IMG/VR virus record: IMGVR_UViG_3300021387_000452
Origin: a virus
Lineage: Duplodnaviria > Caudoviricetes
Length of the DNA stretch: 64,000 nt
Strand: one strand, 5' to 3'
This document shows, piece by piece, positions 1 to 8,812 of the stretch; the stretch's first letter is position 1; each line of letters begins with the position of its first letter. The notes beneath the pieces were generated by a model. The model did no database searches, was not told where the DNA came from, and was given only the letters and a program-made list of their open reading frames with translations. A program made the position numbers and the translations under genes.

Positions 1-323
1 GTAAACACAGCAATATTTGCTGGTGATCCACTTAACGCCTGAACATTTACGTGCCAACCTTCTGGAAGATTAAAAGCTTTCTTTGCTCTTTCTATGCAGA
101 GATTCTCAATTTTATCTGTGTTCTCTTGCCCCTGGTAGTATCTAAACCCGTTTGGATTATTTGGGCCATTTGGATACCCTTCAGCATACTTCTGCGTAAA
201 AACACTGCTGAGCGCTTCCATGACATCATTAGATACTTTACATTCAGATGGAATCATTCGTAAGACTGTATTCTGCCTTATTTCCTCTTCCATTATAATC
301 TGACGTACTTCTTTATCTCTCAT
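1..323 (-). CDS. glyA: Serine hydroxymethyltransferase, 5' part (runs off window start; not in ORF track)
   Basis: My translation from ATG at 323: MRDKEVRQIIMEEEIRQNTVLRMIPSECKVSNDVMEALSSVFTQKYAEGYPNGPNNPNGFRYYQGQENTDKIENLCIERAKKAFNLPEGWHVNVQALSGSPANIAVF. KYAEGYP..RYY.G and VNVQ.LSGSPAN are SHMT signatures. Confidence 0.93.
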   Translation of the reverse strand, partial: MRDKEVRQIIMEEEIRQNTVLRMIPSECKVSNDVMEALSSVFTQKYAEGYPNGPNNPNGFRYYQGQENTDKIENLCIERAKKAFNLPEGWHVNVQALSGSPANIAVF

Positions 324-332
324 AATGAATTA

Positions 333-662
333 TCATCCTACAAGTGAGTTAATAATTTCTCTAATCTTCGCTTGATTATTACCAACAACTCTATTCACTT
401 CAATCCCATCTTTAAAGAAAATAACGCATGGTAAATTCTGAACTCCAAGCTGTTCAGCTACTGATTCACATTCTTCAACATTAGCTTTACAGAATAGAAT
501 ATCATTATTGCTGTTCTTAAATTCATCATTAAGCTTATCAATAAAGATCGCCATCGCTCTACATGGGCCACACCAAGTAGCCCAGAAATCTATAACAACT
601 ATACTTGCATCGTTTATAGCATTTGTAAAATTGCTATCATTTATATGAAACGTAACGCTCAT
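333..662 (-). CDS. trxA: Thioredoxin
   Basis: DFWATWCGPC active site, 109 aa. Confidence 0.95.
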   Translation of the reverse strand: MSVTFHINDSNFTNAINDASIVVIDFWATWCGPCRAMAIFIDKLNDEFKNSNNDILFCKANVEECESVAEQLGVQNLPCVIFFKDGIEVNRVVGNNQAKIREIINSLVG

Positions 663-716
663 ACTGCATCTGTCTCCTATTAAATTAAAGTGATTTAGTA
701 AGATTATTGATACCAG

Positions 717-2987
717 CTACTGCATGTAGTTGTAATTGTCTTCTTCAATCTCTGGTATATAATCACTCTCTACTGGATCTCCTGGATGAAGATCTTTTTC
801 TTTAATTTCTTCTATTGCTGGCTTGTACTCATGAGTTTCAAAATCATATTCAAATGGAATTAGCGACCCAAACGATAATCCAATGCTAAGATCTGGGAGC
901 AGCGGAACTTTCCAGTCTGGGAGTTTAATCGTTTGGCATTCCATAATAATAGGAATGACTTCATCCAATAAATCTCTAGGCACTAGATAGTTGATTTCAT
1001 CGTGAATTGTTCCAATCCATCGAACACCTTTATCATAATACTTTGTGAATAAATCTTTCCATAGTCTGATTATCATTAGCTTAAGTGCATCACCAGCGCA
1101 ACCTTGAACGACTGTGTTAGACACTGTTCGTTTTGCAAATCCCTGTAGAGATCTATCTGAACTGTTGATGTAATATTTGACACGACGAGGTCTACCAAAG
1201 TACGTCTTTACATAGCCATTCTTTTTTGCATATCTAAACGCATTTCGCTGTGCAGCTTCAATTGAAGGAAGCGCTGATTTAAACTTATCAATAAAGTCCT
1301 CGCATTCTTCAATAGACATATCTGGGAATTGATTATGGAATCCGTAAGCTGATGATCCATATAGAATACCAAAGTTTGCCGTCTTTGCTTTCTTACGCGC
1401 TTCTTTGCAATAATTATCTTCACCAAAGATTTTTATTGCTGTCATCTTATGAACATCTTGGCCAGTGTTAAATGCATTGATCCATGTTGGCTCATTAAAT
1501 ACATTTGCTGCAAGACGAAGCTCTTCAGCTTTCATATCGACAGATACTATAACCGCATCTTTCGTAGGTGGTCTAATTGCTTTACGAACATTAAGATGAG
1601 GGTCCTGCCCTTCAACTAAACCGAGGCTGCCTTCTGAATTATCATCAAAGATATAACCACAAAGATTTTCACCATTTGCAATTTGTTCTTCTGTAGCTAA
1701 ATGAGTATGATAGTTGTGCGAGTGTGGCTTCGGTAAGCTTTGAAAGTTTACTGGGCTAAAGAATTTATTCTTACCATCAGTACCACATGCTAAACGGCCA
1801 GTAGGAACTCTGCATGTAAAGTAATTGAATCTAATAGGATGCTTTTTAACTTCATCTGGAGATGATATTTTTATAAGCGTCTCTAAGTATGAGTTGTCAA
1901 ATTTGAACAGCTTTTTATATTCAATGAGCTTACGAAGATATTCATTATCACCATGAGTAGCTAAATAATTCTCAATGGTCTTAATGTCAGTTTTCATTTG
2001 ATTAGTCGCTGTTCTCTGACCTGTATCAATTCCAAGCTGCTGAAATACGCCAACTAATTCTCTGCCTGATGAGATGTTATATTCCATTCCGACTTGTGAA
2101 TAAAGGTACTTCTTAAGTGAATCTAAATGATTTAGCACATCTCCGCGCATTGACTTAAGATAATCATGGTCTACAAAAATTGGAGTGTTCTCTAGCTTCA
2201 TTACAGGGTATAGAACTTCATTGTCTAACTTACCAGCAGCACCTGACTCAGCATAGTATCTTTCTGTTTTGAAAAATAAATGATATGTACCAAGAGCATC
2301 GATGCAAGCATAACGATATCCTGATTCAGCAGGAAGATATCCAAAGTTAGCCTCTCCACCAGTTGTGTCTTCAAATGTAGGTGGATTCCATCCAAGGAAA
2401 TGCTTTTCTGATTTTTTCAACGAAGGCATTGGTACATTTGTATCAGCTAGCCAAACTGAGCATTGAACATCAAAATATTTTACTTTTGAGAGATCAAATG
2501 AATAGATCTTTTCATCTTTCTCAGGTGTGTAACCATACTTTTCTGGAGTCATGAATTCAAGAAATCTCATATCGAATCTTGCATTATATAGCATTGTTAG
2601 CTTTGATCTGCATAGCATTGCATACAGTACTTTCAATCCTTTATATCCGATTGAGATATCAGGGTGAGTCAACGGCACATAGTAACCATTATGACCGTCT
2701 TGAGTAAATGAGTAGCCTACAATAACTCCCTCAACTAAATCACCAGTTTTCTCGCCTTGCTCTGGTGATAGAGAGCTAGTTTCAGTATCCCATGCAAAGA
2801 ATGAGTCTGGCTTAAACTTATTATTATAGAAATCCATCAGCTCTTCATACGAATGAATCAAATGATATTCAAGCTTGTAGAGATCTTCAAAGTTTTCGAG
2901 AATTGGTACTGCTGGTACATAATGCTCATAACTTCCACGGCTTGTTTTAATTTCATCTGATTCAGCTTTCTTTTTTCTTGGTGCCAT
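717..2987 (-). CDS. polA: Family A DNA polymerase (3'-5' exonuclease + polymerase, no 5'-3' exonuclease)
   Basis: Exo motifs WDTETS, YNARFD, YACID; TGRL; motif A VDMKAEELR; motif B RKKAKTANFGILYG; VQGCAGD; motif C IHDEI. Confidence 0.93.
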   Translation of the reverse strand: MAPRKKKAESDEIKTSRGSYEHYVPAVPILENFEDLYKLEYHLIHSYEELMDFYNNKFKPDSFFAWDTETSSLSPEQGEKTGDLVEGVIVGYSFTQDGHNGYYVPLTHPDISIGYKGLKVLYAMLCRSKLTMLYNARFDMRFLEFMTPEKYGYTPEKDEKIYSFDLSKVKYFDVQCSVWLADTNVPMPSLKKSEKHFLGWNPPTFEDTTGGEANFGYLPAESGYRYACIDALGTYHLFFKTERYYAESGAAGKLDNEVLYPVMKLENTPIFVDHDYLKSMRGDVLNHLDSLKKYLYSQVGMEYNISSGRELVGVFQQLGIDTGQRTATNQMKTDIKTIENYLATHGDNEYLRKLIEYKKLFKFDNSYLETLIKISSPDEVKKHPIRFNYFTCRVPTGRLACGTDGKNKFFSPVNFQSLPKPHSHNYHTHLATEEQIANGENLCGYIFDDNSEGSLGLVEGQDPHLNVRKAIRPPTKDAVIVSVDMKAEELRLAANVFNEPTWINAFNTGQDVHKMTAIKIFGEDNYCKEARKKAKTANFGILYGSSAYGFHNQFPDMSIEECEDFIDKFKSALPSIEAAQRNAFRYAKKNGYVKTYFGRPRRVKYYINSSDRSLQGFAKRTVSNTVVQGCAGDALKLMIIRLWKDLFTKYYDKGVRWIGTIHDEINYLVPRDLLDEVIPIIMECQTIKLPDWKVPLLPDLSIGLSFGSLIPFEYDFETHEYKPAIEEIKEKDLHPGDPVESDYIPEIEEDNYNYMQ

Positions 2988-3066
2988 AATTTCTTAAACT
3001 CCTAACTGGCTAAAAGGCATAATCGCGATAGTCTTTTACTTCAACATCGCAAAGTATATATACAAC

Positions 3067-3101
3067 AAAGCCCATAGAGATTTAATCGTCTCTATGGGTT
3101 T
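3067..3101 (-). terminator. Hairpin, probable intrinsic terminator after the lipoprotein gene
   Basis: cccatagaga(3071-3080)/tctctatggg(3089-3098) stem; short U tract on minus strand overlapping TGTATA at 3059-3064. Confidence 0.7.
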
Positions 3102-3115
3102 AGTCGCTTTATAAA

Positions 3116-3697
3116 TTATTCTGGTTTGCTTGGCTGTGTAGGCTCAGCTGGTGTAGAATCAGCTGGTTTATCTTTGCATTCTAGTTTATCGCCTTCACCT
3201 TTCTGACATGTTTTATTTACATCGCACTCATCATTCTCTGCTTTACCAGCACATTTATCTTCGACAGGTGTGGCTGCACATTTTGCTTTATCATTATCAG
3301 GGCAGGCAGTACCATCTTCACATTTGCATTCTTCTACATTTCGAGGTTTGCATTCACATTTATCAGCTTCACATAAACAATCTTCAGTGTCAGCATTACA
3401 TGCAGGATCACATTTAGCATCTTCATGTTTTGGACAAGCATCTTTTCCGCCTTCAGGACAAGCAGACCCGTCGTCGCATTTACATTCTTCAGTAGCTTTT
3501 GCTTCACACGCACATACATGGTTTCCAGCATCAGTGTCTTTACAAACGCATGTTTCAGTATCTGCATTACATGCTGGGTTACAAACTTCAACTGCTGGAG
3601 TTTTATCCTCAGGAGTGGCATCTTTGTCATCCTTGTCTTCACAAGCAACAAAGATTAGAGCAGAAATAGCAAAAAGAATTGTGAATAATTTTTTCAT
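3116..3697 (-). CDS. Cysteine-rich lipoprotein with an internal duplication
   Basis: Signal peptide MKKLFTILFAISALIFVA|C lipobox; >20 Cys; two copies of C.PACNADTE.C.C...EECKC.DG.ACP. Confidence 0.8.
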   Translation of the reverse strand: MKKLFTILFAISALIFVACEDKDDKDATPEDKTPAVEVCNPACNADTETCVCKDTDAGNHVCACEAKATEECKCDDGSACPEGGKDACPKHEDAKCDPACNADTEDCLCEADKCECKPRNVEECKCEDGTACPDNDKAKCAATPVEDKCAGKAENDECDVNKTCQKGEGDKLECKDKPADSTPAEPTQPSKPE

Positions 3698-3761
3698 AAT
3701 AAACTAATATCCTTTATATTACATGTAAATAAACGAATGATTATAACGGAACCATTCAACC

Positions 3762-3790
3762 GTGAACCATGCTATTTATACATGGTTCAC
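3762..3790 (-). promoter_or_regulatory. Hairpin with TGTATAAATAG across arm and loop; candidate promoter of the lipoprotein gene
   Basis: gtgaaccatg/catggttcac stem with no U tract; minus strand reads ATGTATAAATAGC (contains TATAAATA, the T4 late-promoter sequence). Confidence 0.5.
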
Positions 3791-3931
3791 TGTAGTAGTT
3801 TAACTAATAAAATGTAATACTATGTACTACATGTAATTATAGATATTTCTACTATGTAGTTTGATAAGTAAACTTCTTTAGCCAAACGTTGTCTTTTCTG
3901 AATACATTCTATTTGAGTCAAATCACTACTG

Positions 3932-4315
3932 CTACTCAGCCTCATCTAGTAAATCTTTTACTTTAGTTAGATTGGATATGTATTCATTAGACGCTACAGT
4001 AGCAGCACTATCTGTGTATTCCAATTTTAATTCATCAATAATATTTATTGCTGAGTTAACTAGTGATCCAGCTATAACTGGTGATTCGCACGCTTCAACT
4101 GTACTCTTACTTACTGTGTATGGAATTGGGCAATTGTTTGACTTAGCGTCTACTGTGTTTTCTCCAGCTGGATCTGGTTTAAGACGAACTCCATTGTTAA
4201 ATTGCGGAGATCGTAGCCACGATATTAAATAGTCTATATCACCAGCAGTCTGTCTCATTCCTAGCTGACTTAATTTAAGAGCAATTTCATGAAGTCTCTT
4301 TAATTCATCTGTCAT
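3932..4315 (-). CDS. Hypothetical protein
   Basis: 127 aa ORF overlapping the end of the upstream gene, same strand as all neighbours. Confidence 0.7.
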   Translation of the reverse strand: MTDELKRLHEIALKLSQLGMRQTAGDIDYLISWLRSPQFNNGVRLKPDPAGENTVDAKSNNCPIPYTVSKSTVEACESPVIAGSLVNSAINIIDELKLEYTDSAATVASNEYISNLTKVKDLLDEAE

Positions 4316-4595
4316 CTCTGTTACCTTTATACTTAAACATCATAACAAACAATACGATGAGTAGAAAAGTTGCAAGACCATAGTTTATGTATTGCCAAAA
4401 CAGCTTCATGCCGGTGTTACTAAATATGTAATACGCACAAAGTGTATTTCCGCCAAAGTCAAGTAGAAGCATTGGTAAAGACAGTCCTCTAGTAGACTTT
4501 GCTTTGTAGCACTTTATAACCTGCGGAGCTGACTTTACTCCAAACAATAAATTACCTAGCATGCCAGCGATAAATGCCAAATTTATATGATCCAT
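4305..4595 (-). CDS. PQ-loop / SemiSWEET-family membrane protein
   Basis: 96 aa, three hydrophobic helices, APQVIKCYKAKSTRGLS matches PQ..K....KS..GLS. Confidence 0.8.
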   Translation of the reverse strand: MDHINLAFIAGMLGNLLFGVKSAPQVIKCYKAKSTRGLSLPMLLLDFGGNTLCAYYIFSNTGMKLFWQYINYGLATFLLIVLFVMMFKYKGNRDDR

Positions 4596-4623
4596 AGTAC
4601 ATATCTCAACAGTGTTACTAGTA

Positions 4624-4651
4624 AGCCTATCTAAATCACTTTAGATAGGCT
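4624..4651 (-). terminator. Hairpin, probable terminator
   Basis: agcctatctaaa/tttagataggct 12 bp stem, 4 nt loop. Confidence 0.6.
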
Positions 4652-4731
4652 GAACTTTATAGTCTAATAAATACACACAGCATGCAGATAAATTAATCTG
4701 AAGCTTAATAGATCACTGCTATCTATTGATC

Positions 4732-6045
4732 TTAAGCAAATTCTGGGTTGAGATCTCCAAGAATTAGATCAGACAAATAATCTTTAATTTCAGCTTCTGA
4801 TGTATCATAAAAAGACACTGGTGCGATATCAGTATCACTTGGCATAATGACTATCTCTTCATCTTTGTCATTGTAATATAACTCTGCAACCTCATCACCT
4901 CTGTAGAATAAATCTACAGCTTTATCAGTGTAGTGGTCGAAATAAAGTGTATGACCAAAGATCTTAATTAGAAAGCTTTGAACATTTCTAAGAAGATCTC
5001 TGCCAACATCACTTAAGAATCCCTCAACGACTATTGGAGAAGTCTGTCTTTTGCATTCGTGCTTATTTGCCCAGTATGCTCGTAATGCAGCTTCAGCATC
5101 AGCTTTTGTATCATAGTCAGCATCCCAATAATCTTTTCTATTCTTTTTTAGAATCTTCCATTTATTGCCAACTTTACGAATTACACCATCATCTTCAGAT
5201 TCAGTTAGCCATGATTTTGTGTGATCAACTGCAGTAACATTTTTATAATTAGCTCTGTTCTTTTTAAGCTCAGCGCCATTTATTATGATATTTATTAGAC
5301 TATGAAAGTCAAGCCACTTATCGACTATAATAACTCTACCATTACCATCACCAGCTAAGAACTTGCAAATATCGCCGTCAAAGTTATTTAGCTTTGGGTT
5401 AGATAGTACAATTGATTTAAACTTAGCATCTTTAAATTTATTGTACATTTCGTGATTGAATGATTTCACATACTTGTCATCTTCACTACGTGGAGTTATG
5501 TACAACTTACCTTCTACTGGAAATGGCTTATTAGTTTTACCGTCGACTAACATGGTTACAGATGGCTGTCCAGAAGACTCATTAAATCTCCACTTTGATT
5601 TACGATCAACTGACTCATTCATTCTATCAATGATTCTTTCTAAAGCATATCCAATACAAGAAAGAATAACTCTACGATTATCTCTAATAAGAGATATAGA
5701 ATCTCCAGTCTGAGGAACTATATTTCTTGTAAGAGGCTCACTTTCATCTCCGACTTTAATAGTCCATTCTTGAGTTTCCATATTGCAAATTATTCTGCAA
5801 TCTTCACCAAACATATTCTTTAGAGCGCTCCAATATTTCATATGTACTCTTTTTTGAATACGTCTATAAAATGTAGACATGTCAAATTTGCAAGTTGCAG
5901 TTTTGCCTCTAAAAGATACGTCAGTTAGATTACATGACTTACATAAATATGTAAAGACTTTCTCCTTTTCAGAAAAGTCTTCAGCCTCATTCATAACTTT
6001 AGCTAGAGATTCAAGTCTAGCAATTCGTCTTTCTATATTACTCAT
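4732..6045 (-). CDS. Multi-module hypothetical protein with N-terminal IERRIARLE tag (putative capsid-internal protein)
   Basis: True start probably ATG 6045 (GGGAG RBS at 6053-6057): MSNIERRIARLESLAKVMNEA; internal x-x-E|S/G sites. Confidence 0.65.
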   Translation of the reverse strand: MSNIERRIARLESLAKVMNEAEDFSEKEKVFTYLCKSCNLTDVSFRGKTATCKFDMSTFYRRIQKRVHMKYWSALKNMFGEDCRIICNMETQEWTIKVGDESEPLTRNIVPQTGDSISLIRDNRRVILSCIGYALERIIDRMNESVDRKSKWRFNESSGQPSVTMLVDGKTNKPFPVEGKLYITPRSEDDKYVKSFNHEMYNKFKDAKFKSIVLSNPKLNNFDGDICKFLAGDGNGRVIIVDKWLDFHSLINIIINGAELKKNRANYKNVTAVDHTKSWLTESEDDGVIRKVGNKWKILKKNRKDYWDADYDTKADAEAALRAYWANKHECKRQTSPIVVEGFLSDVGRDLLRNVQSFLIKIFGHTLYFDHYTDKAVDLFYRGDEVAELYYNDKDEEIVIMPSDTDIAPVSFYDTSEAEIKDYLSDLILGDLNPEFA

Positions 6046-6056
6046 ATGATATCTCC

Positions 6057-6656
6057 CTAGTCCCAGTATGGGTACATAGCTTTCAATAATGAATTGGCTA
6101 TCTCTTCTGCCCATCCGTTGAGCGTATCATCTGAATAATCATCAGCCTCAGCTGAATCTACTCTTAAGTAGCAGTCATTAAATTCAACATCTGACCCATC
6201 ATCATACATAACTGATGTAGAGCCATAGTCAACATATGTAGGCTCACCCTGGTAAAAAGATATGTCATATACCATTGACGTTGATAAAACAATCATAGCA
6301 TATAGTTCATTATCACTCTTCATACGAAGAGTATAGCATGGAGTCTCATCGTACATGTCTAATTCAACAGTGCCACTCTCACCTTTATCAATTGCACTAT
6401 CTTCGCCCCAGTGGCATCTAGAATAACGATTTTTTGGTAGCCAGATTTTTTCAGCTGCTGTAGAAAAGTCATCTATTTCAAGAAGATCTTTGACAATAAC
6501 ACCACATGCTTCTTTAGCTGAATTAGCAGTTCCTATGACTTCGCCGTCATAGTTCATTGAAGACCATCTAACAACTTCAACTAAATTACTGTTATCTTCT
6601 TTAAGAAGTCTTTCTAGCCTAGCAACTCTCTGTTCTAATGTAAGTTTTTTCTTCAT
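6057..6656 (-). CDS. Acidic hypothetical protein with N-terminal LEQRVARLE tag (putative capsid-internal protein)
   Basis: True start ATG 6656 (GGAGGA RBS at 6661-6666): MKKKLTLEQRVARLERLLKED; the longer ORF-track start overlaps the amidase. Confidence 0.7.
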   Translation of the reverse strand: MKKKLTLEQRVARLERLLKEDNSNLVEVVRWSSMNYDGEVIGTANSAKEACGVIVKDLLEIDDFSTAAEKIWLPKNRYSRCHWGEDSAIDKGESGTVELDMYDETPCYTLRMKSDNELYAMIVLSTSMVYDISFYQGEPTYVDYGSTSVMYDDGSDVEFNDCYLRVDSAEADDYSDDTLNGWAEEIANSLLKAMYPYWD

Positions 6657-6678
6657 GTTGTCCTCCATAATAGTATGA

Positions 6679-7527
6679 TTATAACCATTTGGCAATAACG
6701 CCTCGTTCCATATACTCGGCGACTTTTTTCTTAAACTCACTCCATCTTCTATCACCATCCTCTGGCGGCCATATAAGCGGCTGAGGGCACAGCTTGCCAG
6801 TTGCGTCCCCATGACGAATAATATGATCTAGCTTAATCTTGTAGACATTTGCTAGATATGCTACAGTCTTTGCAACGTTCTCTACTGCTTCATCTTTAAA
6901 GTACCAATCTTTATCTGTTGCCTTTTTACTATATTTAGAATGTTTCCATACGCATATGTCAACACCTAATGAATAATAATTACCTTTAAAATCATCACCT
7001 TCAGATTGCCATTTTAAATGATTTTTAGCAGCTAAATCATATCTCCAGTCGCTTGCTTTGTAGTTAGCGAGCTGCTCCAATGTCATCTCTTTACCGCTTT
7101 TTGGCTGCTGAACTTTACCACCACATACATGCCAAGCTGCATACTTCAATGGAACTGCAGAGTAAATATCTTTTTCATCAATATAGAAATGAGAAGATGC
7201 GCCTGTGTTATTCTTCATCGCTTTGCACATTTGCTTAGCACTTACATTCATACACGCAGTATAATGAACAACAATCCAAGATGGTGGGTTACTGAACTTC
7301 TTACCATGCGCATATTCATAAATCGGGTTATGAATCTTAATTTCAACAGGCTCTTTTTTAGCTAGAGTTGCTACAGTAGGCTCTGTCTCTGTCTTTGAAG
7401 TCTCAAATAAATCAGCGTCAGAAGTAGCAATCTCAGTTACTTTCTTCTCTATTCTAATGTCATTCATTACGCTTTTAAGAGCGCAACCAATCTTACTACA
7501 CCAATTTAACATTTGTATAAACCTCAA
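6679..7527 (-). CDS. N-acetylmuramoyl-L-alanine amidase (Amidase_2 type), probable endolysin
   Basis: IVVHYTA, ASSHFYID, AWH, IIRHGD and K.CP zinc-amidase motifs; exact start uncertain. Confidence 0.85.
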   Translation of the reverse strand: MRFIQMLNWCSKIGCALKSVMNDIRIEKKVTEIATSDADLFETSKTETEPTVATLAKKEPVEIKIHNPIYEYAHGKKFSNPPSWIVVHYTACMNVSAKQMCKAMKNNTGASSHFYIDEKDIYSAVPLKYAAWHVCGGKVQQPKSGKEMTLEQLANYKASDWRYDLAAKNHLKWQSEGDDFKGNYYSLGVDICVWKHSKYSKKATDKDWYFKDEAVENVAKTVAYLANVYKIKLDHIIRHGDATGKLCPQPLIWPPEDGDRRWSEFKKKVAEYMERGVIAKWL

Positions 7528-7544
7528 TCATTTCAGTATAAAAC

Positions 7545-7577
7545 AAAAGCGCGGCTGTAGAATAGCATACCGCGCTT
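7545..7577 (-). terminator. Intrinsic terminator
   Basis: aagcgcgg/ccgcgctt stem followed by a U-rich tract on minus strand. Confidence 0.65.
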
Positions 7578-7597
7578 ATAATTAGTAGCAATTACTT

Positions 7598-8305
7598 TTA
7601 ACGCCAACCATGATATAGACTATTGTGACGACGCTCTTGATCAGCTAAAGTTTCCCAATCACTGTCAGAGTCTCCCCACTGCCGTCGATATTTTGGTGCT
7701 TGGAACGTTGGAGATTTCTTAAGTGTAAACTCAAGAACTGGTAAATCAGTTCCGTCTCCAGAAGCATACTGATTAAAATCAATTATACATTTATGAATCT
7801 TACAGAATGCACCAATAATCTTTTTAATTTCAACTTCATTAGTTAGTGTGTAGCTATCGTTTGTATAATATGCAGACCTATCAGGAGTGTTTGGGTGCGC
7901 ATATCGGCCAGGTTTTCCAGGTATAGGTGCTACATCATTGGGGCCATAATCTTTTGGATCAATACTATCATCTGTGATAATATTATGTCTATCTGCAACA
8001 CTATCAAACTCCCAGTCACCAATTGTCATGTTTAATACCGTAACTCTGGGGTATCTACCATTTTCATAGTAGTGATAGTTTCCTTCTAAACTATTGCCTT
8101 TGGGATTTACTTTGCGGCTTTTGAAAAGCATATTTAACAAGATCATTAAATAATCTTTAGATGACTTTGGCTGTTCAGCAGCATCATCTTCAAGAAGCAT
8201 TTTCTCTAATTTTGCAACTCTTGACTCTAAAGATTCTTTTTTATTTTTAATGAGCTTACTTTCTAGCGCCTCAATACGACGCTCAAGTTGTTCTCTACTA
8301 ATCAT
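7598..8305 (-). CDS. Hypothetical protein with two tandem N-terminal LExRxxxLE tags (putative capsid-internal protein)
   Basis: MISREQLERRIEALESKLIKNKKESLESRVAKLEKMLLED; GGGAGG RBS. Confidence 0.7.
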   Translation of the reverse strand: MISREQLERRIEALESKLIKNKKESLESRVAKLEKMLLEDDAAEQPKSSKDYLMILLNMLFKSRKVNPKGNSLEGNYHYYENGRYPRVTVLNMTIGDWEFDSVADRHNIITDDSIDPKDYGPNDVAPIPGKPGRYAHPNTPDRSAYYTNDSYTLTNEVEIKKIIGAFCKIHKCIIDFNQYASGDGTDLPVLEFTLKKSPTFQAPKYRRQWGDSDSDWETLADQERRHNSLYHGWR

Positions 8306-8330
8306 CTATAACCTCCCTTAAGTATATTTG

Positions 8331-8807
8331 TCATTTATGCCAAAAGTGATGCGTAATATCATCAACTGATATGTTGTTACTATCTCTTTTTATAAAGTAT
8401 AATCTCTGATTTGTAGTTGGTGAATTTAGTGGGCCTAGCTCTTTTATGTATGGGCCTACTTTGATATAATCAAAGTATTGACAATAGTAACTAAGATCTA
8501 GTGCTGATTCACCACTATACCACCCAACTAGCAAGTCATAGTTATTTTTTATATGCTTTGCAAAACTAACAAGCGACGCTTTATCATTATCTCCACCAAG
8601 GAATAGAATGCATGTAATTCCGCTATGCTTATTTATAAGATCATCAATAATATCTGTAGTAAGCTCATCACCACAATCAGTCTGTAGATATGAGCTATGA
8701 CAGCCAGGACATCTATGCGGACACAATGATAAATTAATGCCTAAGCTAATTTCGTCCATAAGCTCTGCGAAGCAAACTGAAGTGTCTTCTGGTATGTACT
8801 TAATCAT
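8331..8807 (-). CDS. nrdG: Anaerobic ribonucleotide reductase activase (radical SAM)
   Basis: CPHRCPGCHS CxxxCxxC; DYIKVGPY...GPL...TTNQRLY; nrdD nearby. Confidence 0.9.
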   Translation of the reverse strand: MIKYIPEDTSVCFAELMDEISLGINLSLCPHRCPGCHSSYLQTDCGDELTTDIIDDLINKHSGITCILFLGGDNDKASLVSFAKHIKNNYDLLVGWYSGESALDLSYYCQYFDYIKVGPYIKELGPLNSPTTNQRLYFIKRDSNNISVDDITHHFWHK

Positions 8808-8812
8808 ATGTA

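Noticed and set aside
51-263. + strand 70 aa ORF
   Set aside because: Antisense shadow of the glyA fragment on the minus strand.
6046-6812. ORF-track N-terminal extensions of 4732..6114 and 6057..6812 (also 12759, 15192, 48986, 59055)
   Set aside because: They overlap upstream genes, terminators or RBS regions; downstream ATGs have strong Shine-Dalgarno sites.
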